The position numbers and the translations under genes are program-made. Below, piece by piece: positions 29,743 through 39,849 of a DNA stretch of 64,000 nucleotides (positions are counted from its first letter, which is position 1; the number at the start of each line of letters is the position of its first letter). Source of the DNA: Patescibacteria group bacterium (lineage in GTDB: Bacteria; Patescibacteriota; JABMPQ01); contig JBGTBM010000007.1 in NCBI GenBank assembly GCA_041749335.1, positions 85,408 to 149,407 of the forward strand, given 5' to 3'. Under the pieces are notes generated by a model that was not told the origin of the DNA, did no database searches, and saw only the letters and a program-made list of their open reading frames with translations.

Positions 29743-29776
29743 CTTGTATCTTGTAACTTGTTTCTTGTATAATACA
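29743..29776 (+). repeat. Inverted copy of the heptad array (CTTGTNN x4) ending in TATAAT
   Basis: cttgtat cttgtaa cttgttt cttgtat aat. This is the reverse complement of the upstream ACAAG arrays. Confidence 0.7.
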
Positions 29777-29779
29777 TTT

Positions 29780-30472
29780 ATGAACTACAAAACTCTAAAA
29801 CGCATCCTCGATATCTTATTAGCGCTGACAATGCTTTTGCTGCTTTGGCCTCTAATGCTGCTAGTCGCTTTGATTATTAAGATTGATTCTCGGGGTCCGG
29901 TGATATACAAACAAGAGCGATATAACGGTATAGATCGAAAGTTTGTTATGTATAAATTTAGGACTATGCAAGTGGGAGCAAGGCAGAAAATGGTAGAAGA
30001 CCACGAAAACCCCAAAAAATTAATTACCGGAGTCGGGAAAATTTTAAGAGAACTACATATTGATGAGCTTCTCCAGCTTTATAATATTTTGAAAGGCGAT
30101 ATTAGCTTTATCGGGGTGCGACCGCAGCAGGAAGCGGAGTATCAGTGGATGTTAAAATGTTCTAAGGACTGGCCGGATCGGTTCAAGGGAAGCGTGGGGG
30201 CGGTAAGTATTGAGAGGCTGATATGTATTTACCCTACTATTCAAGAAAAATTTGTTAAAAAATTGAAAAACGCGGATTATTTATTAGACAAGCAAAGAAG
30301 AGAGGATTACGATTTGTATTATGCAAAAAACGAATGTCTATATAACGATGTGATTATTTTAATCTATTTAGCGAGAACTATTTTAGGTAAGATTTATTGT
30401 GCATTTATTACAAAGCAATATTGCGAGTATGATAGTTGTGATATAAAATGGAAAAATCGGAAGTTGTATTAA
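29780..30472 (+). CDS. Initiating phosphoglycosyltransferase (bacterial sugar transferase, PglC/WbaP C-terminal domain family)
   Basis: LLLWPLMLLVALIIKIDSRGPVIYKQERYNGIDRKFVMYKFRTM ... LQLYNILKGDISFIGVRPQ. Start chosen at ATG 29780 (MNYKTLKR...). The ORF-track start at 29726 would translate the repeat array. Confidence 0.85.
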   Translation: MNYKTLKRILDILLALTMLLLLWPLMLLVALIIKIDSRGPVIYKQERYNGIDRKFVMYKFRTMQVGARQKMVEDHENPKKLITGVGKILRELHIDELLQLYNILKGDISFIGVRPQQEAEYQWMLKCSKDWPDRFKGSVGAVSIERLICIYPTIQEKFVKKLKNADYLLDKQRREDYDLYYAKNECLYNDVIILIYLARTILGKIYCAFITKQYCEYDSCDIKWKNRKLY

Positions 30473-30507
30473 AAATATAAAATATAATTTATAATGATTT
30501 TAATAAA

Positions 30508-31302
30508 TTGATGAAAGTAAATATTATTACGCATCAAGACGGATGGATACTGGATAAATTCGCGAAAGAGCTGCAAAATCGGCTGCCTTATGTAGTGCTA
30601 AATAAGAAAAATTTCAATAGCTATGATATTAATTATTATGTAAATTATTGCCTATTCAAAGGAAAATCTAGTAAAATAGATATCGCATGGTTTACTCATG
30701 TAGAAGAAAATATTCCGAGTTTAAAGAAAAAGTTTTTTGATGTTGCAAATCAAGTAGATTATTGTGTATGTCATGCAAAAAAATACGCAGATATTCTAAT
30801 AAGAAGCGGAATAAAAAATGTAAAACAAATAGTTCCCGGCATTGATACTAAGCTTTATAGTTCAAAGCTAATATTGGGCTATGTAGGTAGATTTTATAAA
30901 TACACGAATAGGAAGAATAGAAAACTTTTAGAAAAGTTATTGAAATTAGATTTTATTGAATTACGAACTACAGAAGGCGGATATTCAGAAGAAGAATTGC
31001 CAAATTTTTATCGCCAGCTAGATTATGTGATTATACCCTCAAGAATAGAGGGTGGGCCGATGTGTCTTTTAGAGGGTTTGGCATGCGGAATTCCAATAAT
31101 TGCACCCAAGAATGTTGGGATGGTGTCAGAATTTAAGCAGGGGATTCATCATTATAAAAATTCAAATATTGTTTCTTTAAAAAAATTATTGAAGAAGTTA
31201 TATAATGAAAAATTAAAGCTTAGAAAACAAGTAGAGCATCTGACCTGGGCTAGGTTTGCCAGAGAGCATGATGTATTATTTAAAAAGATATTAAAAAAAT
31301 GA
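30508..31302 (+). CDS. Glycosyltransferase (GT4-like C-terminal domain)
   Basis: EGGPMCLLEGLACGIPIIAPKNVGMVSEF. Confidence 0.55.
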   Translation: MMKVNIITHQDGWILDKFAKELQNRLPYVVLNKKNFNSYDINYYVNYCLFKGKSSKIDIAWFTHVEENIPSLKKKFFDVANQVDYCVCHAKKYADILIRSGIKNVKQIVPGIDTKLYSSKLILGYVGRFYKYTNRKNRKLLEKLLKLDFIELRTTEGGYSEEELPNFYRQLDYVIIPSRIEGGPMCLLEGLACGIPIIAPKNVGMVSEFKQGIHHYKNSNIVSLKKLLKKLYNEKLKLRKQVEHLTWARFAREHDVLFKKILKK

Positions 31303-32243
31303 AAATAGCTTTCCATTCTAATCAGCTTTGCGAAAGGGGATCAGAGGTAGCTTTATATGACTATGCTTATTATAATGAAAAAATTCTGAAGAATAATTCA
31401 CTAATAATATCTAAAAAGGATGCCAATCTGGAATCCTTTACAAAATTTAAAGATCGATTTAATGTTTTTTTATACAAAGATTTTTCTGAGGTTGATCAAA
31501 TCTTGCGAAAGGAAAAGACAGATGTTTTTTATGCTATCAAGGATGGTAAGCGCGATGGGATAGAATCTAAAATCTGTAAAACAGTGATTCACTGCATGTT
31601 TGATCTGGACCAGCCGCACGGAGATGTTTATGCTGCAATATCTTATTGGTTGTCTCAGGAAAAATCAAATGGCAAAACCCCGGTAGTTCCCCACATGGTT
31701 AACTTGCCCAACATTAAAGCAGATTTGAGAAACGAATTAGGTATAAGTAATGATGAAATAGTATTGGGAAGATATGGCGGGTATGGAACTTTTGACTTAA
31801 AATTTGCGCACGAAGCTATAAAAAGAGCATTAAAGAAAAGAAAGGATATTGTTTTTTTATTCCAAAATACTAGTAAATTTTGCGATGATCATCCCCAGAT
31901 AATCAGATTGCCTCAAAATACGGATATGTTACAAAAAGTAAAATTTATAAATACCTGCGATGCTATGTTGCATGCCAGGGAGCAGGGAGAAACTTTTGGT
32001 CTGGCTATAGGTGAATTTAGTATTAAAAATAAGCCAATAATTACCTGGAATGGATCAAGAGATAAAGCTCATCTGGATATTCTTGGAAATAAGGCAATAA
32101 AGTATTCAAATGAAGAAGATTTGTATACTATTTTAATAAATATCAGTAAAGACAAATTAATAGGTAATGATTGGGACTGCTACAGCAATAAATATTGTCC
32201 AGAAACAGTCATGGATAAGTTTAACAAAATATTTTTATCATGA
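31299..32243 (+). CDS. Hypothetical protein in the glycan locus
   Basis: ORF only; 4-nt overlap with the upstream gene; no clear motif. Confidence 0.4.
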   Translation: MKIAFHSNQLCERGSEVALYDYAYYNEKILKNNSLIISKKDANLESFTKFKDRFNVFLYKDFSEVDQILRKEKTDVFYAIKDGKRDGIESKICKTVIHCMFDLDQPHGDVYAAISYWLSQEKSNGKTPVVPHMVNLPNIKADLRNELGISNDEIVLGRYGGYGTFDLKFAHEAIKRALKKRKDIVFLFQNTSKFCDDHPQIIRLPQNTDMLQKVKFINTCDAMLHAREQGETFGLAIGEFSIKNKPIITWNGSRDKAHLDILGNKAIKYSNEEDLYTILINISKDKLIGNDWDCYSNKYCPETVMDKFNKIFLS

Positions 32244-33013
32244 TGAAAAAGTTAACAATTATATATTTAACCCACGATAAGCATTCAAGTAAACATAAGA
32301 TTTGGCCCAATGCGATTGAAAGCAAGATGGATTTGATTTTATTTAGTTTGCAGTCGTTGCTTCCTCAAATAAGAAAAGATTTTAAGGTTTTACATATTGA
32401 TGATCATAGTTCGAATAAATCTTTAAAATTAATTCATGAATCTTTTAATTTATATAATATTGACTATGATTTTATGCAATGCGGTGATAATTCAGGCAAC
32501 AAAATACCATTTATGTTTGGTCTCAAAGAAGCATTAAAGGTTAATACTCAATATATTTATCTGGCCGAAGATGATTATTTATATGTTCCAGGAGCTATAA
32601 ATAAAATGTTATCTTTTATGGATGATAAAAAGGAAAAGATATGTTGCACTTTTTTAGACCATATGGAAAATTACTATCAAACAAATGAAAATAATTTGGC
32701 ACAAAATTATAACCCTTCGGTTATTAAAAGAAATAAATTATTTTATTTAGAGCCAGCAAGAAATACTGACTGTCCGCAATCTAACATTAAAAACACCTGG
32801 CAAAAAAAGAAAATTACTACCAGCAACCTAATTTGGAATAAAGATATTCTTCAGGGGCTAATAAAAGATATTGAAGATATAAATAATAACGAAGATTGGT
32901 TTCAGGACAGAAGAATATGCAAACTGCTTAGTAAAAAAAATATATCTTTATATGCTTATGTGCCAAGCCTAGCGCAGCACTGTACAATAAATGGTCTTTC
33001 GCCAACTTTTTGA
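32240..33013 (+). CDS. Hypothetical protein, possible GT-A glycosyltransferase (DxD-like LAEDDYLY)
   Basis: ORF only; weak motif. Confidence 0.35.
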   Translation: MMKKLTIIYLTHDKHSSKHKIWPNAIESKMDLILFSLQSLLPQIRKDFKVLHIDDHSSNKSLKLIHESFNLYNIDYDFMQCGDNSGNKIPFMFGLKEALKVNTQYIYLAEDDYLYVPGAINKMLSFMDDKKEKICCTFLDHMENYYQTNENNLAQNYNPSVIKRNKLFYLEPARNTDCPQSNIKNTWQKKKITTSNLIWNKDILQGLIKDIEDINNNEDWFQDRRICKLLSKKNISLYAYVPSLAQHCTINGLSPTF

Positions 33014-33238
33014 TAAAATAATTATGTCCAAAGGCAAGAACCGAATTAAATAAAGGGTCCGCAAAAACCGTGAGAGCATTAAATGAGGAGTTCTTTCAGT
33101 CGGGAGTGCGGATGATAATAATAGCAAAAATTATATAAATCGTTTTGTAAGTCATTTTAAAAAATTGTATGACCAAGGTGGGTTTAAAAAATTTATTAAA
33201 GTGAAGCAAAATCATCCAAACGCAATAAATCTTAAGAG

Positions 33239-34438
33239 TTACAAAATATAATATTTATTAATTATATCTTTAACTAATTGTTTAGATGTATATTTCTGGG
33301 CAAGTTTTTTAGAAAAATTACTCATTTTAGTATAAATTTCTTGATTAGATAATAGTAAATCTATTTTATTAGATAAGGCTGATGAATTTTTGGGCGGGAC
33401 TAAATATCCATTTTTGCCGGGTAGTACTAAGTCAGGAATACCGCCAATATCTGAGCCAATTATAGGAAGTCCCGAAACCAATCCTTCATAGATTACATTG
33501 GGGGAGTTGTCTGGCCAGATAGAAGGCACTACTAGGATATCGCTTATACGATATATTTCCGGAAGTTGTTCTAGGGGAAAATTACCCAAATATTTTACTT
33601 TGTCTTCAACTTTATAAATATTGATATAATCATATAATTTATTCCCATCGATATTATTGCCAACAATAATCAGGATGGCATCCGGATCTTTTATATCTTT
33701 CATTGCTTGTAATAAATATTGATACCCCTTCGTTTCAATAATCCTACCAGAGAATAATATGACCTTTTTGTCTTTTAATTGATATTTATCTTTTAAGCTG
33801 TTTTTATCAAGTTTATCCACACGATCAAATACCGGCGGATAGAAATTTGGAAAGTATTTAACATTAAGCCTGGGATTAGCCATAAGAAACATACGTTTAA
33901 TGTGTCTGCTGGGTGCCAGGAGTTGAATATTTTTCGCAGATTGAAAAAAATAGTTTCTAATAAAAAACTGTTTTAAAAAAATTGCAGGGGATACACAAGC
34001 GATGCAATTACGATAAGATGAATTTGTACAAATAGATTTATCTTTTTTTAGCATAGTGCCGCGTGCACAAATCATGTCATAGTCGGGTAGTTTCATGACA
34101 ATTTTACCTCTAAAATCTCTGATAGCTTGTAGAGGAGCAAGCCCGACTGTCCAAATGGAATGAAGGTGAATTATGTCCGGATTAAATTTATCGATTACAA
34201 TCTTTATACTTTGGGTTAAATTTGGATTATAAATTTTATTTGCAGAATTTGGCTTAATGCGAGTAATGTGTATGTCATTGTAAATTTCGTCGTTGGATTT
34301 AATATTTTTGTTGTCGAAAGCAATCACTTTAACCTCATGGCCGTATTGTAAAAGTTGTTTCGATAAAATATAGGCCGAATTGCCAGAACCGCCGGCAAAG
34401 CCAGGAGGAAACTTATGAGTTATTTGCAGTATTTTCAT
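33239..34438 (-). CDS. Glycosyltransferase family 4
   Basis: KILQITHKFPPGFAGGSGNSAYILSKQLLQYGHEVKVI; C-terminal GLVSGLPIIGSDIGGIPDLV. Confidence 0.8.
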   Translation of the reverse strand: MKILQITHKFPPGFAGGSGNSAYILSKQLLQYGHEVKVIAFDNKNIKSNDEIYNDIHITRIKPNSANKIYNPNLTQSIKIVIDKFNPDIIHLHSIWTVGLAPLQAIRDFRGKIVMKLPDYDMICARGTMLKKDKSICTNSSYRNCIACVSPAIFLKQFFIRNYFFQSAKNIQLLAPSRHIKRMFLMANPRLNVKYFPNFYPPVFDRVDKLDKNSLKDKYQLKDKKVILFSGRIIETKGYQYLLQAMKDIKDPDAILIIVGNNIDGNKLYDYINIYKVEDKVKYLGNFPLEQLPEIYRISDILVVPSIWPDNSPNVIYEGLVSGLPIIGSDIGGIPDLVLPGKNGYLVPPKNSSALSNKIDLLLSNQEIYTKMSNFSKKLAQKYTSKQLVKDIINKYYIL

Positions 34439-34466
34439 TAAAAATTTATAATAAGATATTATATAA

Positions 34467-35054
34467 ATGCTATCAATTACAGCTGAAAAATCAAATAAAA
34501 CTGAGAATATGAAGAAAAAATTAGAAATTAATAAAATAAAAAGCCCAATAAAGTTAAATATGGGTTCGGGCGGAAAGGTGCGAGTCGGTTATATCGGCAT
34601 TGATGCAAATCCCGGTGAGGGTGTCGATATACAGATCAAGGTTGAAGACATTGAAAACTATTTTGGAAAAAATTCAGTTGATAAGATATATAGCCGTCAT
34701 ATGCTAGAGCATTTGTCTCGAAAAAAAGCTCCTCTAGTTATTAGGTCTTGGGTGAATATTTTAAAAATCGGTGGGGAAATTGAGTTAAACTTCCCTGATC
34801 TTGATAGATATGTCAAATTTTATTATAAGAACAAGAAAAAAATTCCAGTAGAGGAATTTGCCCGCTGGATATATGGGAATCAAAAGGACAAATACGATTT
34901 CCACAAAGCAGGATTTAATGGGGAATATATAGCGTCGATATTAAAAAGGGCCGGCATGAAAATATTATCAGTAGAACCGGCTAAGGTGGGAAATGGTTTG
35001 CCCCCTGAGAATAAAGCAATGATAGGCACAGTTGTTAAGGCGCTTAAAAAATAA
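34467..35054 (+). CDS. Putative class I SAM-dependent methyltransferase-like protein
   Basis: IKLNMGSGGKVRVGYIGID...SRHMLEHL resembles the Methyltransf_11-type N-terminus. Divergent. Confidence 0.4.
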   Translation: MLSITAEKSNKTENMKKKLEINKIKSPIKLNMGSGGKVRVGYIGIDANPGEGVDIQIKVEDIENYFGKNSVDKIYSRHMLEHLSRKKAPLVIRSWVNILKIGGEIELNFPDLDRYVKFYYKNKKKIPVEEFARWIYGNQKDKYDFHKAGFNGEYIASILKRAGMKILSVEPAKVGNGLPPENKAMIGTVVKALKK

Positions 35055-35055
35055 T

Positions 35056-35706
35056 TTATTTTTTTTCACCTCTAAACCAAAGCACGCCTCTTTCGTTTGG
35101 ATCCATTCCTAATTTATCATTAAAAAAATTTTTGTAACGGTTATTACCGCTTGTCTTTCTGGCTACTCTATAAGAAACAACGTGAAAGTAATTTAATAGA
35201 TTTTCTTGCAGAATTTTTTCAGTAAGAGTCTGGGGTTCGCATCGCGACGGGGGTTCATTTAAGTTAAAACTGGCAATGAGTGTTCCGCCCGCCCTTATAA
35301 GTCTTAAAATTTCATCACAACTTCTTTTAAAATCTTGTACATGGTCCATTGCATTAACATTAAACATAACATCAAAAAAATTTGATGGAATTGGAATGTA
35401 ATCTTCAGTACAAGCAACATAAATCATCCCATCATTTTTAAATTGCTCGCGATATATTTTGGAATATTCAAGAACTAAAACATCAATTCCAATTCTTAAT
35501 TTTGCTGAATTAGCCCATTTTAAACTACAGATCGGACCGCATCCAAAGTCTCCAACATTTTTATCTTTTAAAAATTTATCATTATTTTCTTCTGCGATGG
35601 CTAGATATAATTTTTTTAGGGGGATGGGATCTTCGGCTAAAAGCGACAGAAAATATGGCTTCTCTCGCTTCCAAAAATGGAGTTCAGAATCTTTTTTATT
35701 TGACAT
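35056..35706 (-). CDS. Class I SAM-dependent methyltransferase
   Basis: VGDFGCGPI (motif I), IGIDVL, LIRAGGTLIASFN. Confidence 0.65.
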   Translation of the reverse strand: MSNKKDSELHFWKREKPYFLSLLAEDPIPLKKLYLAIAEENNDKFLKDKNVGDFGCGPICSLKWANSAKLRIGIDVLVLEYSKIYREQFKNDGMIYVACTEDYIPIPSNFFDVMFNVNAMDHVQDFKRSCDEILRLIRAGGTLIASFNLNEPPSRCEPQTLTEKILQENLLNYFHVVSYRVARKTSGNNRYKNFFNDKLGMDPNERGVLWFRGEKK

Positions 35707-35944
35707 CTAGATATTATTAATTATCAAAATTACGTTTAAATAAAAAACTTGCTAAATTCAGTCTAACATATATATTTAAAAATTAGCATGTACTAAATTA
35801 AATTCATCAATATAATTATATTATAACTATAATATGTTCAATAACAAAAATCAATTAATATCTTTAAAAAATTATAATATTATTTATAATATGAATATTA
35901 TAGACTACAATAAAAATTTAGTAGTTTGATAATTTAAAAAATAA

Positions 35945-36670
35945 ATGTCAAAAAATATTATTCTTACTTCATATTTTATCTCTAAAACTGATTTTCAGAG
36001 GGGGATTAGACAGGAAAAAGATAACTATGAATATATAGTTCATTGGTATACAAGCATTATTAGGTTAAAAATGAATGGGATTATCTTTTACGATAATCTA
36101 TCGGATAGCTTTATAAAAAAATATCAAAATAAATATATAAAATTTATTAAAATAAAGCTTGGTGATTTATCGTTGTATGTCGAGCGCTTTATTATTTATT
36201 ATGATTACCTAAAAAAGAATAAATATGACAACATTTTCATGACAGATATTTCTGATGTTTGGTTTAAAAAGGATCCCTTTAAATTAATTAATGACAAATA
36301 TGATCTCTATGTTGGATCTGAACTTTGTAAAAACAATATGAGTAAGTGGATGATTAAAGGATTTAATACAATTTACGGTGGAATGTCTGAAGAAGTTAAA
36401 AATAAAATAATCTTAAATGCAGGAATAATTGGTGGAAGATATATTGCAGTGCTTAAATTATTAGATTTATTTATTCAAGAGTTGAAAAAACTAGAAGAAG
36501 ATAAAAGGGAGATGATTAAAAAAGGAATAGATATAACATTTGACATGATTGCTTTAAACAAAATAATCTATTCCAATTATAAAATTAATAGGATTTATTC
36601 AAGTAAGAAATTACATAGTCCCTATAAAAAATATTTAAAAGAAGGAGATTATTGTATTTTTCATAAATAA
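35945..36670 (+). CDS. Hypothetical protein, possible nucleotide-diphospho-sugar transferase (FMTDISDVWF DxD-like)
   Basis: ORF only. Confidence 0.3.
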   Translation: MSKNIILTSYFISKTDFQRGIRQEKDNYEYIVHWYTSIIRLKMNGIIFYDNLSDSFIKKYQNKYIKFIKIKLGDLSLYVERFIIYYDYLKKNKYDNIFMTDISDVWFKKDPFKLINDKYDLYVGSELCKNNMSKWMIKGFNTIYGGMSEEVKNKIILNAGIIGGRYIAVLKLLDLFIQELKKLEEDKREMIKKGIDITFDMIALNKIIYSNYKINRIYSSKKLHSPYKKYLKEGDYCIFHK

Positions 36671-36777
36671 ATAAAAAATATAAAATTTAGAAGAATAAAT
36701 TAAAATAATTATTTCTAAATAAAAAGAGTTGGAACAAATAAATATAATTTATAATAAATATTCGTCTGGAATTAATA

Positions 36778-37755
36778 TTATGATCTATGTTTAAATGTTG
36801 GATTATTTAAGGGAAGATCTAATTCTCGGCGAAATTTTATCTTATCAATATTTCTATAACTAAATTTTGAAACTAATTCATCCTTAATATATTTTGAATA
36901 TACTCTAGGATGGTTTTTAATTAATTGGATCAGCATTCTTCTCTTTTTTCTTTCATCGTTCCATAACGAACTCATCATGCTTTTTTCTTTACGGCGGTGA
37001 TAATACAAAGGCTTAGCGGCATCAACGATTCGAGCTTTATTTTCAAGTAAACTTAGGGAAAAGTCCCAATCTTCCCAACCATATACCATGTTGGGATTAA
37101 ATCCTCCGGCATCTTTCCATGCCTCTTTTTTAAATAAACCCACAACATGGAAGTTATTAATAAAGGGTTGGTTATTAATATTTATTTTTGATTTCCATAG
37201 AGACTTATTTATCGCCCCAAATTTTTTCATACCGGGGCAAACAAATGAAGCATGTTTATATTTGATAAATTTGTACAGAATTTCCAGGGTACTCGGTTCA
37301 ATTTTATCGTCTCCGTCCATTAAATAAATAAAGTTAAAGGTTGAATTTCTAATACCAATATTTCTTGATTCAGATAATCCAACATTTTGAGGATTACTAA
37401 TTAATTTTATATTGAAATTTTGATATTTATTTTTAATTTTATTGGCAATATTTAGTGTATCGTCATTAGAGCTATCGTTTATTATAATTATTTCAATATT
37501 TTGGTAAGTTTGATTAATAACTGATTCTATAGCTTCTATTAAATACTCACCTTGATTATAACAGGGGATAACCACCGAAATGCCTGGTTTTTGTTCATTA
37601 TCTAATAAATCTTTAATTAAAAAATAAAAATATTGTAGATAAAAATTTGGTATTATCCATAATAATTCCAATTTCTTTTTATATCTAGAGGGCAGCCTAT
37701 GTTTTATAAATAATGCTTTTAATAAAGGGGTAGGTTGAAAAATATTAATTGCCAT
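36778..37755 (-). CDS. Glycosyltransferase family 2
   Basis: ISVVIPCYNQGEYLIEAIESVINQTYQNIEIIIINDSSNDDT. Confidence 0.85.
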   Translation of the reverse strand: MAINIFQPTPLLKALFIKHRLPSRYKKKLELLWIIPNFYLQYFYFLIKDLLDNEQKPGISVVIPCYNQGEYLIEAIESVINQTYQNIEIIIINDSSNDDTLNIANKIKNKYQNFNIKLISNPQNVGLSESRNIGIRNSTFNFIYLMDGDDKIEPSTLEILYKFIKYKHASFVCPGMKKFGAINKSLWKSKININNQPFINNFHVVGLFKKEAWKDAGGFNPNMVYGWEDWDFSLSLLENKARIVDAAKPLYYHRRKEKSMMSSLWNDERKKRRMLIQLIKNHPRVYSKYIKDELVSKFSYRNIDKIKFRRELDLPLNNPTFKHRS

Positions 37756-38893
37756 AATTTTGAAAAATATCTAAATATTGATTGCTAATTAAATTCCAGT
37801 CGTAATTTTTTGCATTAGATATTCCATTTTCAGCAAGCCGGGAATATATAATTTTATTTCTAGAAAGCTCTATTATTGAATTTGCGATCTCTTTGCTACT
37901 TTTGGAAGATACAATTATCCCATCTTTGTTATGGGTAATAACATCACCGACTCCACCGGCATTGGTAGCAATGGCTGGAACGTTGGCGGCTTGCGCTTCG
38001 AGGATTACCTTGCCGAAAGGTTCATAAAGTGACGGCAAGATAAAAATATCAGCTAATTTATAATATTTCAGTATTTCTTTTTGCGGGATAGGAGGGATAA
38101 TATTAATTTTATCCTTGAGGCCGAGAATTATTAATTTATTTATAATATTAGAATAATCATCGTCATCATTTTTGCCCCCCACTAAATATAAGGTGAAGTT
38201 AATATTTTTATTATTAAGTATTTTGCAAGCATCAATTAAATAATTTAATCCTTTCATTTGTACAAATCTGCCGATATATAATAAATTTATATTTATTATA
38301 GGAAACATTTTTATTTCTTTTTGTTTCGCTGCCTGATTAAATAGTTCAAAATCTATGCCTTGTGGTACAACCTTTATTTTATCTTTCGGAATGTTGTTTG
38401 CTATTAATTCGCTTTTGATAAAATTTGATATTGGTAAAATTAAATCTACTTTTTGGGCTAAGTATTTAGCTAAATATGTAAATTCCAAATTTCTTAGCTT
38501 ATTTTTGAATCCCTTGATATAACCATGCTTGAGCGGAAGGATTGAAGTGTGAAGCGACATGGCATATTTGCAGTTTAATATTTTCCTCATTTTGCTAATG
38601 CGCCAGCCAAAAGGTATGCAGTTAAGTCCATGGATGATATCAGGCTGAATATTTTGTTTTTTTATAGCTTTGGCAAATGCAACTCCACCATTCCAGCGGA
38701 TTTTATGGGGCTTTTTAATGCGATAAATTGTGATCCCATCCTTGAGTTCTTTTGACGGTTTGTCTTTGGTAAATGAAAAAATCCAGACTTGATTTCCTTG
38801 CTTAACCTGTTCCCGCGATATATAGTAAACATTAGGGGATAGACCCCGATTTATTTCATGAGGAAATTCTTCAATTAGTCGAACAATTATCAT
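37745..38893 (-). CDS. Glycosyltransferase family 4
   Basis: EPFGKVILEAQAANVPAIATNAGGVGDVITHNKDGIIV. Confidence 0.8.
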   Translation of the reverse strand: MIIVRLIEEFPHEINRGLSPNVYYISREQVKQGNQVWIFSFTKDKPSKELKDGITIYRIKKPHKIRWNGGVAFAKAIKKQNIQPDIIHGLNCIPFGWRISKMRKILNCKYAMSLHTSILPLKHGYIKGFKNKLRNLEFTYLAKYLAQKVDLILPISNFIKSELIANNIPKDKIKVVPQGIDFELFNQAAKQKEIKMFPIININLLYIGRFVQMKGLNYLIDACKILNNKNINFTLYLVGGKNDDDDYSNIINKLIILGLKDKINIIPPIPQKEILKYYKLADIFILPSLYEPFGKVILEAQAANVPAIATNAGGVGDVITHNKDGIIVSSKSSKEIANSIIELSRNKIIYSRLAENGISNAKNYDWNLISNQYLDIFQNYGN

Positions 38894-38946
38894 AAATTTA
38901 TATTCTAAAGATTCTATCTAAAAATAGCTTAAAAATCAATAAACCA

Positions 38947-39849
38947 ATGATTTCAGTAATAATTGTAACATATAACGAAGAAAAAAATATTAAGGAATGT
39001 TTGGATTCGATCATTAAACAATCTCAAAAATCAAATGAGATTATTCTGGTTGATGACGGTTCGACTGATAATACTTTAAAGATTGCTTCTACTTATCCAA
39101 TTAAAATTATAAAAACCCAACACCAAGAAAGATCACATGCCAGAAATATAGGTTGGAAAAATGCATCAGGTAAATATATATTATTTGCTGAAGCTGACTC
39201 TATTTTTAGTGAAAATTGGATTAAAGAAATAATGAAAAAATTTCAAGAAGGTGCAAATGCTGTGATTGATCGTAGGAAAATGTATCAGCCTAAAACTTTA
39301 TTTCAAAAAATTATGGATATCCAGTTTAATATCAGGTACACAAACTACAAGCCATTTTCAGCTTGGGCTTTTAAAAAGAGCGTTTTGCAGGATGTAGGAG
39401 GATTTAATGAGGATTTGAATCAGTCAGAGGATACGGAACTTGGCAAAAGAATTTTAGATAAGGACTATAAAATATTATTGGCTGATCAGGCGATTCAATA
39501 TCATCAGGGAGAGCCAAAAAACTTGATTGAATATTTGAAGAGAGCATTTATGATCGAGACTAGAAGGGTAGGTATTTATTATAAAAAATTTCCCGGGGAA
39601 AAACCTTTAGGGAAATTAGTCAGCATTATTATCAGTATTACTCTGATAACGCTTTCGATCGGTTGGCCGATATTATGGCTCTTATTTGTTTTTTATATAA
39701 TTACTCAGTATATATTTATTCTTTTTAAAATTATTTTCAGGGAAAAAGGATTAAAGTCTGCCGGTTTTATGCATATAATTCTGCTGGCTTTTTTTAGGCT
39801 ACTTAGAAATTATTCAGCGGCAGCCGGTTATATAATTGGAAATTTATAG
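38947..39849 (+). CDS. Glycosyltransferase family 2 with C-terminal TM helices
   Basis: ISVIIVTYNEEKNIKECLDSIIKQSQKSNEIILVDDGSTDNT. Confidence 0.85.
   Translation: MISVIIVTYNEEKNIKECLDSIIKQSQKSNEIILVDDGSTDNTLKIASTYPIKIIKTQHQERSHARNIGWKNASGKYILFAEADSIFSENWIKEIMKKFQEGANAVIDRRKMYQPKTLFQKIMDIQFNIRYTNYKPFSAWAFKKSVLQDVGGFNEDLNQSEDTELGKRILDKDYKILLADQAIQYHQGEPKNLIEYLKRAFMIETRRVGIYYKKFPGEKPLGKLVSIIISITLITLSIGWPILWLLFVFYIITQYIFILFKIIFREKGLKSAGFMHIILLAFFRLLRNYSAAAGYIIGNL

Noticed and set aside
29199-29776. CRISPR array interpretation of the CAAG repeat blocks
   Set aside because: The repeats are 7-8 nt with 3-nt variable parts, far too short for CRISPR repeats and spacers, and no cas genes are present.
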